Source: Vicugna vicugna
Lineage: Eukaryota
Reading direction: 5' to 3'
DNA length: 60,000 nucleotides
NCBI GenBank assembly: GCA_013265495.1
Contig: MU061578.1
Span: 3,731,308-3,791,307, forward strand
Part shown: one piece after another, positions 24,985-35,899 of the stretch
Layout of the letters: each line of letters opens with the position of its first letter
How positions within the stretch are numbered: position 1 is the stretch's first letter
Position numbers and translations under genes: made by a program
The notes under the pieces: model-generated
Told to the model about the DNA's origin: nothing
The model's input: only the letters and a program-made list of their open reading frames with translations
The model's database searches: none

Positions 24985-26085
24985 ATGGAACCTCTGTTCC
25001 CGGCCTCCCTGCCCACCAGCTGGAACTCCTCCTCGGCAGTCACCAGCAGCGGCAGCAGTGAGAACGGGACGCTGGTGGGGCCAGCGCCCTCACCGGGTGC
25101 CCGGGCAGTGGTGGTGCCTGTGCTCTACCTGCTGGTATGCACGGTGGGACTGGGCGGCAATGCACTGGTCATCTATGTGGTGCTGCGCCACGCCAAGATG
25201 AAGACGGTCACCAACATCTACATCCTCAACCTGGCCGTGGCTGATGTGCTCCTTATGCTGGGGCTGCCCTTCCTGGCCACACAGAACGCCATCTCCTACT
25301 GGCCCTTTGGCCCCGTGCTGTGCCGCCTGGTCATGACTCTGGATGGCATCAACCAGTTCACAAGCATCTTCTGCCTGACCGTCATGAGCGTGGACCGCTA
25401 CCTGGCCGTCGTCCACCCCATCCGCTCTGCCCGCTGGCGCCGCCCCCGGGTGGCCAAGCTGGCCAGTGCCGCGGTCTGGACCTTCTCGCTGGTCATGTCA
25501 CTGCCGCTGGTGGTCTTCGCGGACATCCAGGAGGGCTGGAACACCTGCAACCTCAGCTGGCCGGAGCCCGTGGGCCTGTGGGGCGCCGTCTTCATCATCT
25601 ACACGTCTGTGCTGGGCTTCTTTGGGCCGCTGCTGGTCATCTGCCTCTGCTACCTGCTCATCGTGGTGAAGCTGAAGGCATCAGGTGTGCGCGTGGGCTC
25701 CACACGGCGACGCTCGGAGCGCAAGGTGACACGCATGGTGGTGGTGGTGGTGCTGGTGTTTGTGGGCTGCTGGCTACCCTTCTTCATTGTCAACATCGTC
25801 AACCTGGCCTTCGTGCTGCCGGAGGAGCCCGCCTCTGCTGGCGCCTACTTCTTCGTGGTTGTGTTGTCCTATGCCAACAGCTGCGCCAACCCTCTGCTCT
25901 ATGGCTTCCTCTCCGACAACTTCCGCCAGAGCTTCCGGAAGGTTCTGTGCCTCCGCAAGGGCTACGGCACAGAGGATGTGGAGGCCACTGAGCCACGGCC
26001 TGGCCACAGTGGCCGGCCACAGGAGGCCACGCCGCCTGCACGCAGCTGCGAGGCCAACGGGCTCATGCAGACCAGCAAACTGTGA
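24985..26085 (+). CDS. SSTR5: Somatostatin receptor type 5 (class A GPCR, 366 aa, single coding exon)
   Basis: MEPLFPAS start in good Kozak context (gcaATGG). Seven hydrophobic segments with GN, LAVAD, DRY, CWLPF and the SSTR signature [12 protein letters not shown]-terminal PDZ ligand QTSKL. Confidence 0.98.
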   Translation: MEPLFPASLPTSWNSSSAVTSSGSSENGTLVGPAPSPGARAVVVPVLYLLVCTVGLGGNALVIYVVLRHAKMKTVTNIYILNLAVADVLLMLGLPFLATQNAISYWPFGPVLCRLVMTLDGINQFTSIFCLTVMSVDRYLAVVHPIRSARWRRPRVAKLASAAVWTFSLVMSLPLVVFADIQEGWNTCNLSWPEPVGLWGAVFIIYTSVLGFFGPLLVICLCYLLIVVKLKASGVRVGSTRRRSERKVTRMVVVVVLVFVGCWLPFFIVNIVNLAFVLPEEPASAGAYFFVVVLSYANSCANPLLYGFLSDNFRQSFRKVLCLRKGYGTEDVEATEPRPGHSGRPQEATPPARSCEANGLMQTSKL

Positions 26086-26674
26086 GGCCGAGGGCGGGTG
26101 TGTAGGGAGGGGCAGACAAGGGCGCAGAAGCCCACAGCCACCTCTTCAGCTTTTAGTCTGGAGAGGGAGGAGGACTGGAGCAGAAGAGGGGAAATATCCA
26201 GACAGCAGCGGAGGGGGGCGGGGGGCAGCCTCGCAAGGCAAACAGCAGACTGGAGAGACCGCGTGGGCATACGCAAACGCCAGGTCCCCAAAGAATTCTG
26301 CTTCCCAGTCTGCAGCTAGAGTGGTCCTGTCCATATCCCAGAAACCCCGGCTCCTCCTGCCCCCAGTTCTGAAACAGGTCCTGGAGAAGATGCCCGCCAG
26401 CCTCGCTGGGAGAGGCCTGTGGGATCCTGGGTGCCTGGGCCTCCGTGAGGCTGGAAGGAGAACCAGAATGTAGGGGTCAGCCGGCCCACTTGGGCTTCCC
26501 AAGTCTGCGCAGAGCCAGACGCCAACCCCAGGAAGGCGTGGGGAACACACAGATCCGTGTTGGGCAGGAGGAAGGCCAGCACGGCCTGGGCCTCGGCAAG
26601 GACCCCAGACAGAGACCAAGCCCTGGAAACGAGATCACATAATGAGGGCGCTTGTGTTTGACAACCGCTCCCTG

Positions 26675-26692
26675 AATAAATTAGAGAATAAA
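26675..26692 (+). terminator. SSTR5: Tandem polyadenylation signals for SSTR5
   Basis: AATAAA at 26675-26680 and 26687-26692, about 590 nt after the stop codon. Confidence 0.65.
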
Positions 26693-27427
26693 TGTTTGAC
26701 TCTTTCCCAGAGCAAATATTGTCCCTGGAGCCGATCGAAGCCAGTGCAAATCAGAGCAAGTGGATCGTCCGTGGCTGGGAAAGGGGTGGGCAGACACCCA
26801 GATGGAAGTGGGCAGCAGGGTGCTTAGACGATAACGCGGGCAGAGTGTAAACAAGTGGCCAAAAGAAGTGACAGGCGGGGCTGTCCCATCACCTCCTGGG
26901 GGTGGCAGGATCAGTATTTGTCCTGGAGGATGTGGGGTGGGGGTGAGGGGCGTCTGCTCCTTCCATGGCTGGTGGGTGAGGGGAGTGGGAGGCTCATTTG
27001 GGACCCCTACTCCCATCCCTGGGTGCTTGGGGACCCAGCTGCCTCCCTGGCCCCAGGCAGAGTCTCCTCCACTCCTGGGCTCTGTCCTGGGTAGTTGCTG
27101 CCACAGAGCCTGGCATCAGAGTCACCGGGAGCTGGTGACAAAACCGACCCCAGCTGGGCCCTGGGGACCAGCATCCAGGGAGGGGCTGGTTCCCTGGGAG
27201 AAACTGAGGCCTGTTCAACCAGCCTTTCCCCAGTGCATGGTCAGGCCACCCCTGGGTTCAGATGCAAAGTGCATCTGCTCAGAATGACTTTGGCAAGCGA
27301 GCAGATGGCTCGGAAATATCTGCCCCGGTCAATTTCTCCCAATTGATCTGACATCCCGAGCTCCCTCCCCAGGGCGGTGCCCATGTCGGGACTGCAGACG
27401 CCAGCAGCGCCCTTACCAGTTCCTGCC

Positions 27428-27561
27428 TGTGAGGCATGTGAGTGTGTGGGCGTGCTTGTGTGTGTGTGTGTGTGTACATGTGTTCTTGAGTGAGAGTCTG
27501 TGTGCATGTGCCTGTGTGTGTGAGAGTGCATGTTATGTATCTGTGTGTATGAGTGTGTGTG
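27428..27561. repeat. Imperfect (TG)n microsatellite
   Basis: Interrupted TG/CATG-rich tract with a pure TG core at about 27457-27475. Confidence 0.85.
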
Positions 27562-29589
27562 CCCAGGGCCTGATGGACCCAGTGGGTGGAGGAGCCTGTG
27601 GGATGTTCTGGGCGATTCCAGGCAGGCTGTGTACCTTGGGTCTGAGTGGGCGCTGGGGATCAGGCTTGGCCAGTGCGAACAGTCTCCGAAGCCCTGGGCA
27701 CCCCGAGGGCCTGTTGAGGAGCAGGGACAGGAGATTCCCAGGAGGAACGTGAGCCCAGAGAACCAATGGACATGGCCCGGTGGGCCTAGGGATGCAACCT
27801 GGCCTGGCAACTGCTCTCCACACCCAGCACAGGTTAGGGACAGCTGTGGCGGCCACAGAGCTACCACACTGCTTACAGGTCCCAGGTCTGCAGGCCCTGA
27901 GTTGGGGGAGCTCAGAACAAACACCCTCGGCGGCGGCAGGTGGGTGACCGACCTGCTTTACCGGCTTTCTCTCCGCATCAGTGGGTTTTATTGGCCACTG
28001 GGCTCCAGTGGCTCCCAGAGTGACCCTGCTCAGGAAATCCGGCCTGGGGGGCAGGGTGAGGCAGCATCTGGGATTGGGATGGGGCAGGGTGGGGTACAGG
28101 GTGGGAGGAGCAGGTGACTGCGGTGCAGCCCCCACAGGCAGAGCCAGTGTTGCAGCCTACCATCAGGGAAAATGAGGCTGGCCCACCCTGGAGGCTGAGT
28201 GAGGGGTGCCCTGGGTGGGACTCAAAGGAGGGGTCAGGAAGAGCCCACCCTCTTGGGTGTCTGGGGCAGGAGGAGGGCAGACCATGGGTAGACACCAGGT
28301 AGAACTTCCCACGGGAACCTGGAGGCTGGGAGTTGTGATTCCCTTTGGGGAAGTCAGGGAACTGATTAACATTGAGAAGGTCTTTGTGGGTCACCTATCA
28401 GGGCCCCACAGAACCCTGGATCTCAAGGGCTTGGTGGACTGAGGACCTGGAGGGACCACTGGGTCTGTGACCGCCTCCTCCACTCTGGCTGATGGGGGAA
28501 CTCAGCCCCTACACCACCACCTCCCTTTCATTGCAGGCAAATGCACTGTTCTGTCCTGTACAGACTGTCTGGTGCCATCCTGACTCCTGAGGGCTAGTCC
28601 AGCCACCACAGCTCTGAAGCATGTTTGTTGAATGAATAACTGAATGGCATTGAGTGATGGGGGAAACTGACCCCTGGGCAGTGGGGACTGGCCACGATAC
28701 ACTTATGCTCCACACCTACATGGTTCCCCACGCCCCTCCCACATTCACCCCCGCCACATGCACGAGGAAACAGGCGACCCCTCCACTTGGGCAGTTGGAG
28801 GAGGATTTAGTTAAAGGACATTTTGCAGAGTGGTGGGCAAGTGGTGCCTGGTGGGGGTTGTACAACCTGAAGGGTGGGGTCAGAGTTATAAGAACAAGAA
28901 GGCCAAAGCCCCTCCTGCAGCTGAGGGCAGCAGCTGCCTTGGGGACTGAATGCCCACTCTCCCCTCTCCCTTCTACATGCTGTCAGGCTCCTGTTGCCGA
29001 CCCTGGAAGGTGGTCTGGTCTTTTGGGGACCATGTTCTGGAGGTCATCAGGCCTGAGTGCAGAGGGGGAGGGGACCGAGGCTCACCTGAGACGGGACTGC
29101 GTTGCCTCGGGTCTCTCCTCTTGATGCCTGGCTATGGCCTCCCTCTGTGTGTCCTCTGGAGCTACCTGCTGGGGCCCACGAGCCCTGCCCATGGGTTCCC
29201 CAAGGATCGGGGATGATGGTGGTGACCAGACAGCTTGGAAATAAGAATACCTGGTCACTGACGCCCTTGGTGGTGAGGAAGGAGCACTCCGGGCCCACGG
29301 CCACTAGGATGATTTTCGCCCCTTCCTGCACAGATGAATCTTCTATCTCCTCTCAAGTTTTCTTTGTCCATCTGGGGGCTCCTTTAAACAGCATGAGCAC
29401 CCTCACTCTCCCCAAAGCAGAAGGACTTCCTAGGGTTCTACATTTTGGCTTCAGGACTCATGTAAAGCAATATTTTCTATTTTTACAAAGTCAAACCTGT
29501 CATTCTTCTGCTTAGGAAATTCCTACACTTAAAAAAAATTTTTTGAGAGGTCTTTCCCATCAGAGGTTAGCTAAGTATTCCTACATATT

Positions 29590-29950
29590 TTTAATTGTGG
29601 TAGAATACACACGACATAATATTTTCCATAACCATTCAAAGTGCACAGCTCAGGGGCATTAAGTGCATTCACACTGTTATGTGACCATCTCTACCATCAC
29701 CTCCAGAACCTTTTCATCTTCCCAAATGGAAACTCTGTCCCCATTTCCCCTCCCCAGCACCCTGTCTCTAGGAATTTGACTCCTTCAGGGCCCTCTTGTA
29801 AGTGGGATCAGACAGGATTTGTCGTCTTCTGTCTGGCTTATTTCACATAGCATAATGTCCTCGAGGTTGACCCTTAATGTAACCCGTGTCAGAGAGTCTT
29901 GAATAATATCCTAAATTTACAGATAAATCACATTTTCTTATCTATTCATC
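29590..29950 (-). mobile_element. L1MB-like 3' fragment
   Basis: tttaattgtggtagaatacac, gcattaagtgcattcacactgttatgtgaccatc, ccagaaccttttcatcttcccaaatggaaactctgtcccc, ctggcttatttcac. Confidence 0.75.
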
Positions 29951-30014
29951 ATCAGGGGGTTGGGGGGGTGATGGCTTGTGGGCTTGTGGGCTTGTGGTTT
30001 CTGTGGGGGGCTGA

Positions 30015-30135
30015 AGACATCCTGGAACTAGAGAGATTTGTGGGTTGCATCACATTGTGATTGGAATAAACGCCTCTGAATTGTTCACTTAAAAATGATA
30101 AATTTTACGGTGTGTGAATTTCACCTGAATTTTTA
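30015..30135 (+). mobile_element. L1MB-like extreme 3' end fragment
   Basis: ctggaactagagag..ggttgcatcacattgtga..tgaattgttcacttaaaaatgataaattttacggtgtgtgaattt. Confidence 0.6.
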
Positions 30136-33100
30136 AAGTGGATGTTTTGTTGGAGTTCCACTAAATGGGTAAACTGAGGTGGAAAATCGGCTCCCTGCAG
30201 GATTCCGGCTCTTGGGCTGCCCTGTATTCCGGTCTTCTCGAGCTTTCTTCTCCCTGAGCAGGGACGTTCCTGATTCCATCCAAGGCCACTCAGCAGGAGC
30301 TTCATGGCTGCTATTCTGACTGGGGCCATTTCTCTCTTATCTCCTAAGTGGTCGAGGCAGCTGACAGGGCACATTGATTTCTGCCTTCACTGTGCCGGTT
30401 GCAAGGCTGCGTCTCAGGTGTTCATCACTTTGCAGAGATGACGACTTCACCTCATTCCCTAGCTCTCAGTTGCTGTTTTTAAATAAACCTGGAGGGTGAG
30501 TGGGGGACGCAGGCACTGCCATCTCCTCCTGGACCCCCCAGCAGTGTCCCCTGGTATATCTCCTAGAGCACCTCCACAGGGAGGCCCCCAACCCACCCCT
30601 GGTTCTCTGAGGATGTGGGTGGCCTTGGATTTGGAGTTTATCAGACACCTTTCTTAGCCTGACCTGCTTGGCCCTCCTGGGTCAGCAGCTGGGAGCAGGG
30701 CTGTCCTGGGAGGCTCAGCTGAGCTGCCCCAGCTTCCCCCAAGTCCAGACACCCTGGCCAGTGAGGTGACAGGGAGACCAAAGAGCCACCAGGTCTGCAG
30801 GCTTCCCTGGTATGCCTGCTTTCAGCCCTGTAACCTCAGGGCCCCCAGAGCAGCACGGAGGGGCTCTGTAGCCAATGCTGGACAGGGGAGCTGAGGCCAC
30901 ATGGGAGGCTGGGAAGAGCACAGACTTTGACTGGAGCCTTTGGGCAGGGGCTGTCCACCTGGCCTCGCCCAGCCAGGCTGGCGTGCAGCAACACACAGGG
31001 GTCTGGGATCCCAGTCAGGGTGGGAGGGGAGACTGGGACCTGGGAGGACAGAGGGAGGATGGGGTCCTTCCAATCCCCCATAGACCCCCACTCCTGTTGG
31101 GGCACCACTGTCTCCAGTGGAGCCCTCCCTGCTGCTGCAGCCCCGTTAGTGCTCAGAGGAGGCTCCTGACGCCCTGCTGGTTGCCAAGCGCCCTGGGCGT
31201 GACCAGCTATTCCAACCATAAAAGGACACAGACTAAAGGGCCAAAGTGCAGCCTCAGGTTTCTCGGCCCAACTCAGCTTCCCAGGGGGGCCATGTCCTGG
31301 GATGGAACCCCACCGCCCTCCAAGTACAGAGCTGGCCTGAGACCCAGACCCTCACAGCCCTCAAGGGCCAGGCCATGGGTGGGCAACTGTGGGTAGACAT
31401 CCGCTGGGCAAGACCCACCTTGGTCCACAGGGGATGCCTCCTGCCCAGGAGGCTGCAGGTCCAGGCCTCAGGGTGGGCTGCTGGCAGAAAGCCCCCTCCC
31501 CCTATAGACAAAGGGATCCAGCAGCCCCTCGCCAGTGGGAGCCCCCTCTCCTGCCCCTCCTTTGTTCGGGGCCACACTGATTTGGGGGGACAGCCCAGCG
31601 CATGGCGTGGGGGCAGCTCCCAGCATCACACATGCTCAGGGGTTCTACATACCCTTGCCAGGCCTCAGTTGCCCCACCTTCAAGGGTGTGGCCTTTGTCC
31701 CAGGACAGGAAGCCTCAATCTGTGTATCTAGGAGGGTGGTCCCTGCTGTCCATAGGTGGGTGTGGAAAGTTCCTGGCTCCAGCCTTACTCAGGGTTGATG
31801 TTCCTGGGGGATAACTGAGTTCTGTGGAGGCAGGGGAGGGTCTCTATGTTCCTAGCGTCTCCTCCCCCAGCGTGGAGATGAAGGTGTGTGTGTTTGCGAA
31901 ATGGATGAAGGGGCCTCTACCCCCTTCTTGCCTCTCCCCATCAGCTGACCATTGTCTGGAGAAGTCTGTCCAGGCCATGTGGGGGCCACAGCCAGTCAGA
32001 GATTCATCTCAGGATGGGCTGGGCTCCTGCTAGGAGGGAGTGGGACAGGGCAGGCTGTGACAAGGAAATAGGACCAGCCAGGCCAGCAGTCTTTGGGCTC
32101 GGGACCCCAAGGTGGCTGAAGACCAGTTCAGCCCGGCCAGCCTGCAGCTCCAGCCCCCTCAGTGCAGCCCAGGACCTCAGCCAGCTCTCCGGGTGCTGGT
32201 GATTCCAGACGCTGCTCCTGCCAGGGCCCTGGAGGCCTCACTGCCCCAGAATCCTCACTCGGGAGGGAGCAGCCCAAGGAGGAGATGACAGGGGAGGTCC
32301 CAGGAAGGAGGTGGCAGGGGATGGGGACACAGGGGCTAGACAGAAGGTCCCAGAGTGGCCAGAGGACACGTGATAGGAAAGGAACAGACTCGTAGTGGAC
32401 ATGAGGTCGGGGCAGCCTGGTGGCTCCAACCATGGGTGGACTGAGGCCTCCTGGGATGTGAGCGTGGCCAACCTCCACCTCCATCTGCCCGCAGGGACCA
32501 GGCTACCCAGCTCACTGCTCATCGCTGCCAGGCCTGGCTTCAGCACATCTAAGTACATGGTGACAATGTCAGCATTTGGGGCCCCGCAGGCTCAGGTACA
32601 CATCAAGATATGAACTTCCTCCACTTTCCAGCCCATTCCTGAAAGACAAGGGGATGCTGGGAGCAGAAAATGGGCCCACCAGAGCTGGCTGCATGTTCAC
32701 CAGAGGATGAGTCATACCTAGGCTGGGGCAAGCACCCCCACAACTCCACTTCATCCTGTCTTGTGGCCTCTGCTGCCCTCTGACACCCTGGAATTCAGCC
32801 TGTTTCCTGCTAGAGTCTAAAGTCGGCTCCAGGTGGGCCAGCCTCTGTGTTTGACCCCCCTGGACTCTCCAGTGTCCAGCCTGGTACTCAGTAGGCGCTT
32901 TGTGAAGGTCTCCACGGCAGTGTTGCCTAGCACAGCCTTTATAAGCAGAATAGGTAGCTCAAACACAGGGGCAAATTCCACTGCATTAGAAGTAACCCCC
33001 CGCCCCGCCCCTCATGTGCCCAGAACACAGGTCTGTTTCCCGAACCCCTTGATGTGAACACTCAGTCCGCGTCCGCCCCCACCAGGGCAGGCCTGGTTTG

Positions 33101-33239
33101 TCTTCCTGCTCCCACACGCCTGGCGCTCAGCTCAGCACCTGCAGGCAGCGCTCAGTCACTGCTGGCACTGATCTCAGCTGGGAGGGCTCAGGGTGAGGGC
33201 CACCAAGGGCTGGGCATGGCACAGGGGCGTCTCCGCGGG

Positions 33240-33790
33240 CTAGAGTTCAGCATCTGGCTTGACCAGGTGGCCGCTGAAGGTGATGTAGAGGTCTCCGTGC
33301 TCGCCGTAGATGGCGTTGTCGCGGTCCCGCTGGAACATGCGCACCCAGACAGTGTCGCCAGTGGCCAGCGGCAGCAGCAGGCTCTGGGTCTGCATCACGC
33401 TGCGCTCACTAGGCTGTGCGTACAGCACAGCCGTGGCCTGCCGGTTGCACATGATGTGCAGGTACGTCTCCTTATAATTCCAGGTGTGCACATTGAGGCT
33501 CAGGAAGTAGACACCAGGCACAGTGCAGAGGAAGCGGCCGGAGGCCAGGTCGAAGGCACCATCCAGGTTCACCAACTCCGTGTCAAAAGGCACAGCCTGG
33601 AGGGCGTCGGAGCTGTGCAGCCCCTCCCGCCGGCCCACCGAGAAGGCCGCGTAGGCGCGCTGGCACGGGGCGCCTGGTGGCCCCACCTGCCCCTTCTGGC
33701 CCTTGCGGCCCTGGAGGCCCCGGGAGCCTGGTGGACCCTCCTTCCCGCTCCTGCCTGAGCGACCTCTGAACCCTGCCTCGCCCTTCTCAC
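33240..33790 (-). CDS. C1QTNF8: C1q/TNF-related protein 8, last coding exon (14 Gly-X-Y repeats plus globular C1q domain)
   Basis: Acceptor ccccttgccccctgcag|GT, phase 1. Encodes GEKGEAG...GPPGAP collagen, then [33 protein letters not shown] and TFSGHLV. Stop TAG at 33240-33242. 551 nt. Confidence 0.95.
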
Positions 33791-34469
33791 CTGCAGGGGG
33801 CAAGGGGAAGTTGCCAGTCAAGGTTTAGGATCCAGGGTCAGATTCTCCAGCCCCTTGGCCTTACCAGTGACCTCACCCTTCCGAGCCCCAGTCTCATCTG
33901 TCAGGTGAGTGCTAACCCACCCTCATACACTGAAGTTGTGGCCCTTCTGGGACAGTGGGGACAGTGGGGTCCAGCAGCTTCCAGAGGAAGGGTCTAAAAT
34001 GGGCTTTGAAGGACAAGAGGCTGGGAAGTTGGTAGCCAAATCCAAGTTCAATTGTGGCTTCCTGTCCAGCCCTCAGGGTGGTGCCCTCTTGGAGCTCAGC
34101 CTCACTCCCCTCTCCCAGGAGGATGCTGCTCATGTGGCCTCAGGGACCTTAGCCCCCTTTTCTGCCTCACCCAGGGGCTGGGCCAGCTGCCGGCCAGTGA
34201 GCAGGATTAAAGGGAGCCTCAGGCTCCACTCTGTTCACAGCCCCCTCCCCAGGCCACCTTGCTTCCCAATTGTGGGGGTGGCCAGAGGGCTGAGGCCTTC
34301 ACAAGGCTGCAAGGAGCAAGGAACAGCCACTCGGTGTGTCCCTACTCCAGGCCCCCGCCTTCCCACAGCCAGCTCTACCCAAATCAAGGCCTCTTCCCTG
34401 TGCTTCTCAGTGTGGGCTGTTCCTGTAGGGACAGGGGTGGGGAGGGGCCGCCTTTCCAGGGACACTCAC

Positions 34470-34674
34470 CTTTGAGGATTGAGATGTCGATGGTCGGCCG
34501 CACACGGGGCAGGCGCACCCACTCGTCCCCGTCACTCCTGTGGGCAAACGAGCCGGGAGCAGCTGGGGGCCAGGCTGGGCGGCAGCAGTGCACGCACGGC
34601 CGGCGGGGCAGCCCCAGGCCCGGCCAGGCCCCTGCAGGCAGCACCAGGAGGAGCAGGAGGGCAGGGGCTGCCAT
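34470..34674 (-). CDS. C1QTNF8: C1q/TNF-related protein 8, first coding exon (signal peptide, Cys motif)
   Basis: [17 protein letters not shown] signal peptide, CVHCC motif and [11 protein letters not shown]. Donor AAG|GTGAGT after 34470. 205 nt plus 551 nt gives 756 nt, or 251 aa. Confidence 0.95.
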
Positions 34675-35891
34675 CTGGGCCAGAGTCTGGTAAAGGGGAC
34701 AGGAGGGGAGGGAGAGAATGGGACAGGAAGACAGGGAGTGGAGGGGGCATGTAGGAAATGCCCCAGCTGTGCTGCCTTGTCTGTGAGAGACAGTAGGGAG
34801 ACCAGGGAGCTGCCTGGGTGGGGATGGACCGTCGGGACCAGAGAGCGGCATCCTGGCCGGCCCTCCTGGACACTCAGGTCCCTACCCCAACAGACATCAC
34901 TAATGGATCCCCACACATTTTCACCTGGACTGGATGCCTCAGAATCCTCCTCAACGTAGCACGTGGGGATCACTGCTGAGCTGAGGGGCCAGCACAGGGG
35001 ACCACTCACACTCGCGCTCCCAGGGCCCCAGCAACTGGCCAAGGCAGCCCCACTTTGTCTGAGCTGGCACATCCAGGCTCCTCCTCAGAGGCTGCTCCCT
35101 CCTTGCACCCTGTCTCTCCCCAGGGCCGGGGCCTTCATTCTGGGCTATAGCAGGCACCCTACTTGCCTGCAGTTGGGGAGTCCTGGTCCCCAAGGCCCCC
35201 ATGACTGGAGACCCAGCACCCAACAGATGCAGGGGGAGCAGTGAGGGGATGGGGGCTGTGAATCAGCCCTCGAAGGCCCCCACCCACCTGGGCCAGGCAG
35301 ACTCCTTGGGGAGGGGCAGCTAGGCTGCTTCAGGGAAGGGTAGCCTTGCTCCCCCACCCGCTCCCCACCTCAGCAGCTGGGCCTGGGGCCCGGGTTGGGT
35401 GGGGCCTTGCATGAGGCACAGTTTCTGCCTAGCTAGGCAGAGGGTGGCACCCACATCCTGACCTCCCAGGGGAGGGAGGGCAACAGGGGAGGCTACCCTG
35501 TGTGGCCCCCCACCCAGCATAGGGGAAGAGGATCTTTAACCCCTACCAGTCATGAGCCTCCTGCTTCCACCTTCTCTCCCCCAGGAGACCCTGCCTGACA
35601 CCTGGCCATCCGTGCCAGGTGGATGCACCACTTTCCAGCTCAACCAGCTACTGCAGGGCCTTGGGTGAGCTCCACATAGACCTGGGCCTAGTTTCCGCCG
35701 GCAAGTGGGCCCTGTCTACCCTGGTCTCCCCATGGCTATATCCCAGAGGCTCAGCCAGGTTTGGTCTCCAAGGGCAGGCATGTGAGGCCGGGTCCTCACT
35801 CTTCCCTGTAGCCTGGTCATGCTGGGCAAAGACCCAGGCCCTCTCCTCCAGGAAGCCCTTGGGGACTGCAGCCCAGGGCGAGGTCCCTCCT

Positions 35892-35899
35892 CTTATATA
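35892..35899 (-). promoter_or_regulatory. C1QTNF8: Candidate TATA box for C1QTNF8
   Basis: Minus-strand TATATAAG in GC-rich context about 1.2 kb upstream of the ATG. The first coding exon is preceded by an acceptor (cccctttaccag, exon start 34686), implying an upstream non-coding exon. Confidence 0.4.

Noticed and set aside
26074..26082. C-terminal SKL of SSTR5 as a peroxisomal targeting signal
   Set aside because: SSTR5 is a 7-TM plasma-membrane receptor, and this tail is the known PDZ-binding motif.
25320..26473. Alternate-frame ORFs (223 and 237 aa) overlapping SSTR5
   Set aside because: Non-ATG starts. Stop-codon depletion is expected in off-frames of GC-rich coding sequence, and there is no homology signal.
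33130..33152. REST/RE1-like TCAGCACC...GGCAGCGC
   Set aside because: Wrong spacer length and a mismatched GGACAG half-site.
33054..33758. 234-aa plus-strand ORF
   Set aside because: Antisense shadow of the GC3-rich C1QTNF8 exon, with a GTG start.
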